Both the position numbers and the translations under genes were made by a program. A stretch of DNA of 9,598 nt from an uncultured archaeon (lineage in GTDB: Archaea; Thermoproteota; Nitrososphaeria_A; Caldarchaeales; Calditenuaceae), in NCBI GenBank assembly GCA_938017985.1, contig CALIKS010000034.1, forward strand, positions 1 to 9,598, written 5' to 3'. Each line of letters opens with the position of its first letter. Position 1 is the first letter of the stretch. This document shows positions 7,412-9,598 of this stretch, piece by piece. Under the pieces are notes generated by a model. It saw only the letters and a program-made list of their open reading frames with translations. It did not search any database and was not told where the DNA came from.

Positions 7412-7486
7412 GGGCCCGTGGCCTAGCTTGGATAAGGCGCCGGCCTTCGGAGCCGGAGAACGCGGGTTCAAGTCCCGCCGGGCCCG
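7412..7486 (+). tRNA. tRNA-Arg, anticodon UCG, 75 nt, no intron, CCA not encoded
   Basis: Hand-folded cloverleaf. Acceptor GGGCCCG/CGGGCCC; D stem GCCT/AGGC; anticodon stem CCGGC/GCCGG; loop CTTCGGA (anticodon TCG at 7447-7449, G37); variable loop AGAAC; T arm GCGGG-TTCAAGT-CCCGC; discriminator G7486. A T6 run follows at 7491-7496. Confidence 0.93.
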
Positions 7487-7487
7487 C

Positions 7488-7769
7488 TTATTTTTTGGAC
7501 GAGTGTTTTATCTCGATGATAACTATGCCTGCGAGCAGTATTGTTTGCCAGATTATTAGGTCTACGATTAGTAACGTTAGGTCAATAGACCAGAAATTTG
7601 TAGGTCCTGTGAAGGTTACGAGTGTGTTTGTTGCCCATACTGCGGGTGCTCCATAGTCTATGTGTACGTAGTCAGGCCAATCGTATCTAGTTCCGTGAGT
7701 CGTAGCAGCAATTGTCATGGATGAACAGATAATTATCCAGAGGACTCGCAGTATATTTGATCTCATCAT
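7488..7769 (-). CDS. Small secreted or membrane-anchored protein (ORFan)
   Basis: The 93-aa protein has a signal-peptide-like or TM N-terminus (MMRSNILRVLWIIICSSMTIAATT), an aromatic-rich middle (YDWPDYVHIDYGAPAVWATN) and a C-terminal TM plus basic tail (LLIVDLIIWQTILLAGIVIIEIKHSSKK). The competing plus-strand ORF 7282..7656 runs straight through tRNA-Arg and is spurious. Confidence 0.45.
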   Translation of the reverse strand: MMRSNILRVLWIIICSSMTIAATTHGTRYDWPDYVHIDYGAPAVWATNTLVTFTGPTNFWSIDLTLLIVDLIIWQTILLAGIVIIEIKHSSKK

Positions 7770-7790
7770 AGATATTATTGAAAACAGTAT

Positions 7791-7798
7791 TTTATAAA
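7791..7798. promoter_or_regulatory. Perfectly palindromic TATA box TTTATAAA in the 34-nt divergent gap
   Basis: The box is self-complementary with centre 7794.5. It is 25.5 nt from the ATG at 7769 (minus-strand gene) and 27.5 nt from the second ATG (7822) of the plus-strand phosphoesterase gene. Confidence 0.4.
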
Positions 7799-7803
7799 GA
7801 ATT

Positions 7804-8553
7804 ATGTTGGATAGGCTAGTGATGAGGGCTATTACCAGGAGAAATTTCTTAGATTACTCATTAGGTTTAGTGATGCTTCTTGGAGTTTTTGGGGCTCAGA
7901 GCTATTTTAATACTTATAGGCTTCTGGTTACTAGACTCGGCGTCGAAGTTGGTTGGAAAATTATCTTTATTGTTGATTTACATATTCATTCTTTTGGAAA
8001 AATTCATGAGGACATCTTAAAAATTGTCAGGAATGAAGAGCCTGATGTTGTTTTACTTGGCGGTGACTTAATAGACGAATATACAAATAGCATTGACATT
8101 CTTTCAAATTTTCTTTCAGGCCTAGATGCTAATTGGAAATTCGCTGTTTTGGGAAATCATGAGTACTGGTCGGGAAAAGCATCGAAAGTAGTCACAATAC
8201 TTAAAAATCATGGGTTTAGAGTCTTGAACGATTCATTTGAGCTTACACCTTTCGGAAAGGTGTACGGAATTGATTGGCGTGAAGATAGGTTCTATCCCTC
8301 ATTATCTCTGGATGGAATTGTATTGTCTCATGACCCTAACGCTGCTGCAGCCCTATCTGGAAAGTGTATTGTATTATCTGGACATACGCATGGCGGCGTA
8401 GTCATTAACGGAATAAAACTTTATTCAAACTCTATCTATACCCGTGGACTATACAATCTGAACGGTGGTGGAATACTCTACGTCTGTAGAGGACTTGGAC
8501 AAATATTTCCTCTTCGTCCCACTTCTCCGATAGAGCTGTTAATTATTGAATAA
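7804..8553 (+). CDS. Calcineurin-like metallophosphoesterase (YkuE/YaeI-like) with twin-arginine N-terminus
   Basis: All metallophosphoesterase motifs are in order: DLHIH, GGDLID, GNHE, a His in SHDP, and GHTHGG. The N-terminus MRAITRRNFLDYSLGLVMLLGVFGAQS contains a Tat-type T-R-R-x-F-L motif plus an h-region. The probable true start is the ATG at 7822. Confidence 0.85.
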   Translation: MLDRLVMRAITRRNFLDYSLGLVMLLGVFGAQSYFNTYRLLVTRLGVEVGWKIIFIVDLHIHSFGKIHEDILKIVRNEEPDVVLLGGDLIDEYTNSIDILSNFLSGLDANWKFAVLGNHEYWSGKASKVVTILKNHGFRVLNDSFELTPFGKVYGIDWREDRFYPSLSLDGIVLSHDPNAAAALSGKCIVLSGHTHGGVVINGIKLYSNSIYTRGLYNLNGGGILYVCRGLGQIFPLRPTSPIELLIIE

Positions 8554-8605
8554 GCTGGCGCTATTGTTATAAGCAAGGGTTAACAATTTGCTAGGTGTAT
8601 AGATA

Positions 8606-9052
8606 ATGACCGCAGAGCTTTCTTTGCCGCCGAGAATTAAGATTTTAGAGGCTGCTGGAGCCGTCGCTGGTGGAAGAGTAAAAGTAATATCTGAGCATGA
8701 GGCTGAAGTAAAAGCATCTGAAGGAGACAGGACATACAGGGTCTTCTTAGACATCGAGTCAGGATTGGTATCAAGCGACGATAATGGAACTACCTTCAAA
8801 AACTATCTAGGGTATCCCATAGTTGCCTTACTGATGATAAAAGGTGAGGTCCCCTATGATTCAGAAATTGGTGATGGTCTAAAGGACATAAAGTGGAGGA
8901 CGCTTAATGAGCAGTACAAAAGCTATCGTGTCGTAGAGGCTGTAATTAAGGAGAAACTGCGGGCTAAAGGCATCTCGGATAAGAGAGTCGATGAGTATAT
9001 AAAAAAAGTTTTTGGAAAATTGTCTCAATATTCATTCCGAAAATTAATATGA
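8606..9052 (+). CDS. Hypothetical protein, 148 aa (possible cysteine-less SWIM-like core plus a basic helical C-terminus)
   Basis: It is the longest ORF in this stretch. An AGGTG motif (8593-8597) lies 8 nt upstream of the ATG. Composition is protein-like and soluble. I recognise no confident family (see finding). Confidence 0.6.
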   Translation: MTAELSLPPRIKILEAAGAVAGGRVKVISEHEAEVKASEGDRTYRVFLDIESGLVSSDDNGTTFKNYLGYPIVALLMIKGEVPYDSEIGDGLKDIKWRTLNEQYKSYRVVEAVIKEKLRAKGISDKRVDEYIKKVFGKLSQYSFRKLI

Positions 9053-9057
9053 AGATA

Positions 9058-9313
9058 TTATCTGCTTTCTTCCAAGAGTTTCTTTATCTCGAGATATTCT
9101 TCTTTAGTTATTTCGCCTTTGACAAGTCTTAGCCTTAAGATTTCTAAGGCATCATCTTTTTTTCTCGCATAGTAGCGGCGGCTTGATTTTTGGGATTATT
9201 GTTGGGAAAACTTTAGTAAAGAACCAGAGAATAGTTGTAGCAATTAAAGGTCCAGCTACTACCAATACTAGAACGCCTCTGGTTCTGCCTAATACCTCAG
9301 CAATTTCACTCAA
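9058..9313 (-). pseudogene. SHOCT-domain small membrane protein gene, interrupted by a frameshift at an A7 run
   Basis: My translation gives a TM segment from TTG 9313: LSEIAEVLGRTRGVLVLVVAGPLIATTILWFFTKVFPTIIPKIKPPLLCEKKR, ending at TGA 9154..9152. In the +1 frame, 9195..9058 reads SQKSSRRYYARKKDDALEILRLRLVKGEITKEEYLEIKKLLEESR, ending at TAA 9060..9058. ALEILRLRLVKGEITKEEYLEIKKLL is a textbook SHOCT (short C-terminal) motif. The frames cross at the T7 run at 9157-9163 (A7 on the coding strand). Confidence 0.5.
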
Positions 9314-9363
9314 CCCACTGGGAATTACATCTCTTCCTAACTCGGCACATTAGTCAAGCTAGG

Positions 9364-9460
9364 AAAAGTGAAAAAGAAAATACTTCCAAAAAGTATGCCA
9401 AAAATTCCCTACAAAACGCCGATAAATGCTCTAAAAACCCTTCTAAATTGTTATCTAAAA
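9364..9460. repeat. Phased A-tracts and three TCTAAA repeats upstream of the third tRNA-like gene
   Basis: A3-A5 runs are centred near 9378, 9390, 9402, 9414, 9425, 9435, 9446 and 9458, spaced 10-12.5 bp apart. TCTAAA occurs at 9430-9435, 9442-9447 and 9454-9459, exactly 12 bp apart. Confidence 0.5.
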
Positions 9461-9561
9461 TCATGCCAAGACTAGTACTCAAGACTTCACTAAGGTTTGG
9501 TTGGACAAAATATTATTAGACAAGTATGTTTAAATTTTGCATTTAAAATTTACAAATACAT

Positions 9562-9598
9562 GGGCCCGTAGCTCAGGCAGGTAGAGAGAGTTTATCCA
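9562..9598 (+). tRNA. 5' part of a tRNA-like gene truncated by the window edge (isotype undetermined)
   Basis: GGGCCCGTAGCTCAGGCAGGTAGAG reads as acceptor 5' strand, D stem and D loop. A TATA-like TTTAAATTTT (9529-9538) is centred about 28 nt upstream. The sequence after GAG (AGAGTTTATCCA) does not close the D stem canonically (see finding). Confidence 0.6.

Noticed and set aside
7282-7656. 124-aa plus-strand ORF
   Set aside because: It reads straight through the tRNA-Arg gene (7412-7486) and overlaps two better minus-strand ORFs. Its translation of the tRNA region (ARGLAWIRRRPSEPENAGSSPAGPA) is an artefact of GC-rich tRNA sequence.
8563-8587. Inverted repeat ATTGTTA-N11-TAACAAT between the phosphoesterase gene and the 148-aa ORF
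   Set aside because: The stem is only 7 bp and AT-rich, with an 11-nt loop, and no oligo-T follows. In AT-rich DNA this is expected by chance. It is a possible operator or hairpin but unsupported.
8539-8799. 86-aa minus-strand ORF
   Set aside because: It overlaps the 3' end of the phosphoesterase gene and the 5' third of the 148-aa ORF. It has no start context and a low-complexity Ser/Ala/Thr-rich product.
452-9598. Idea that the shared 17-nt tRNA 5' sequence at 450-466 and 9560-9576 marks attL/attR of a 9-kb island containing the pst operon
   Set aside because: The repeat is just the conserved acceptor and D-arm 5' segment of two tRNA genes. Known att duplications involve tRNA 3' portions. 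The interior is a housekeeping pst operon without integrase, conjugation or viral genes, and I see no compositional break.
1-9598. CRISPR arrays, IS elements or transposases, toxin-antitoxin pairs, known defence genes
   Set aside because: I found no regularly spaced direct repeats of 24-40 nt, no terminal inverted repeats flanking an ORF, no transposase-like or nuclease/ATPase defence-type ORFs, and no toxin gene next to the AbrB-like ORF.

Overview
AT-rich window with GC-rich, CCA-less tRNA genes. TATA-like boxes sit about 25 nt upstream of tRNA 5' ends and of probable leaderless start codons, and GGTG/AGGAG motifs appear only before operon-internal genes. I infer this is chromosome from a thermophilic archaeon of crenarchaeal/TACK type; the organism cannot be named from sequence alone. 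Left to right: (1) the N-terminal 136 codons of a tyrosine recombinase/integrase on the minus strand, running off the left edge and absent from the ORF track, divergent from (2) tRNA-Lys(UUU); (3) an unusually long ~500 bp non-coding gap ending in a (TA)-rich tract; (4) a complete, tightly packed phosphate-uptake operon pstS-pstC-pstA-pstB-phoU; (5) on the minus strand, an SCP2-domain protein and a MobA/CobY-like nucleotidyltransferase; (6) a small protein that reads as two tandem AbrB/SpoVT-like repeats; (7) an overlapping pair of ORFans (a very basic coiled-coil protein and a 2-TM protein) divergent from (8) tRNA-Arg(UCG); (9) a 93-aa membrane/secreted ORFan ending 1 nt from the tRNA 3' end; (10) a metallophosphoesterase with a twin-arginine N-terminus; (11) a 148-aa ORFan; (12) a SHOCT-domain small membrane protein gene broken by a +1 frameshift at an A7 run, not in the ORF track; (13) an A-tract-phased non-coding stretch and the first 37 nt of a third tRNA-like gene at the right edge. 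I see no CRISPR array, transposase, recognisable defence genes or toxin partner. I cannot honestly claim a new system. The parts least explained by ordinary annotation are the integrase/tRNA-Lys junction, the small-ORF cluster around tRNA-Arg (6513-7769), the frameshifted SHOCT gene and the aberrant tRNA start at the window end.
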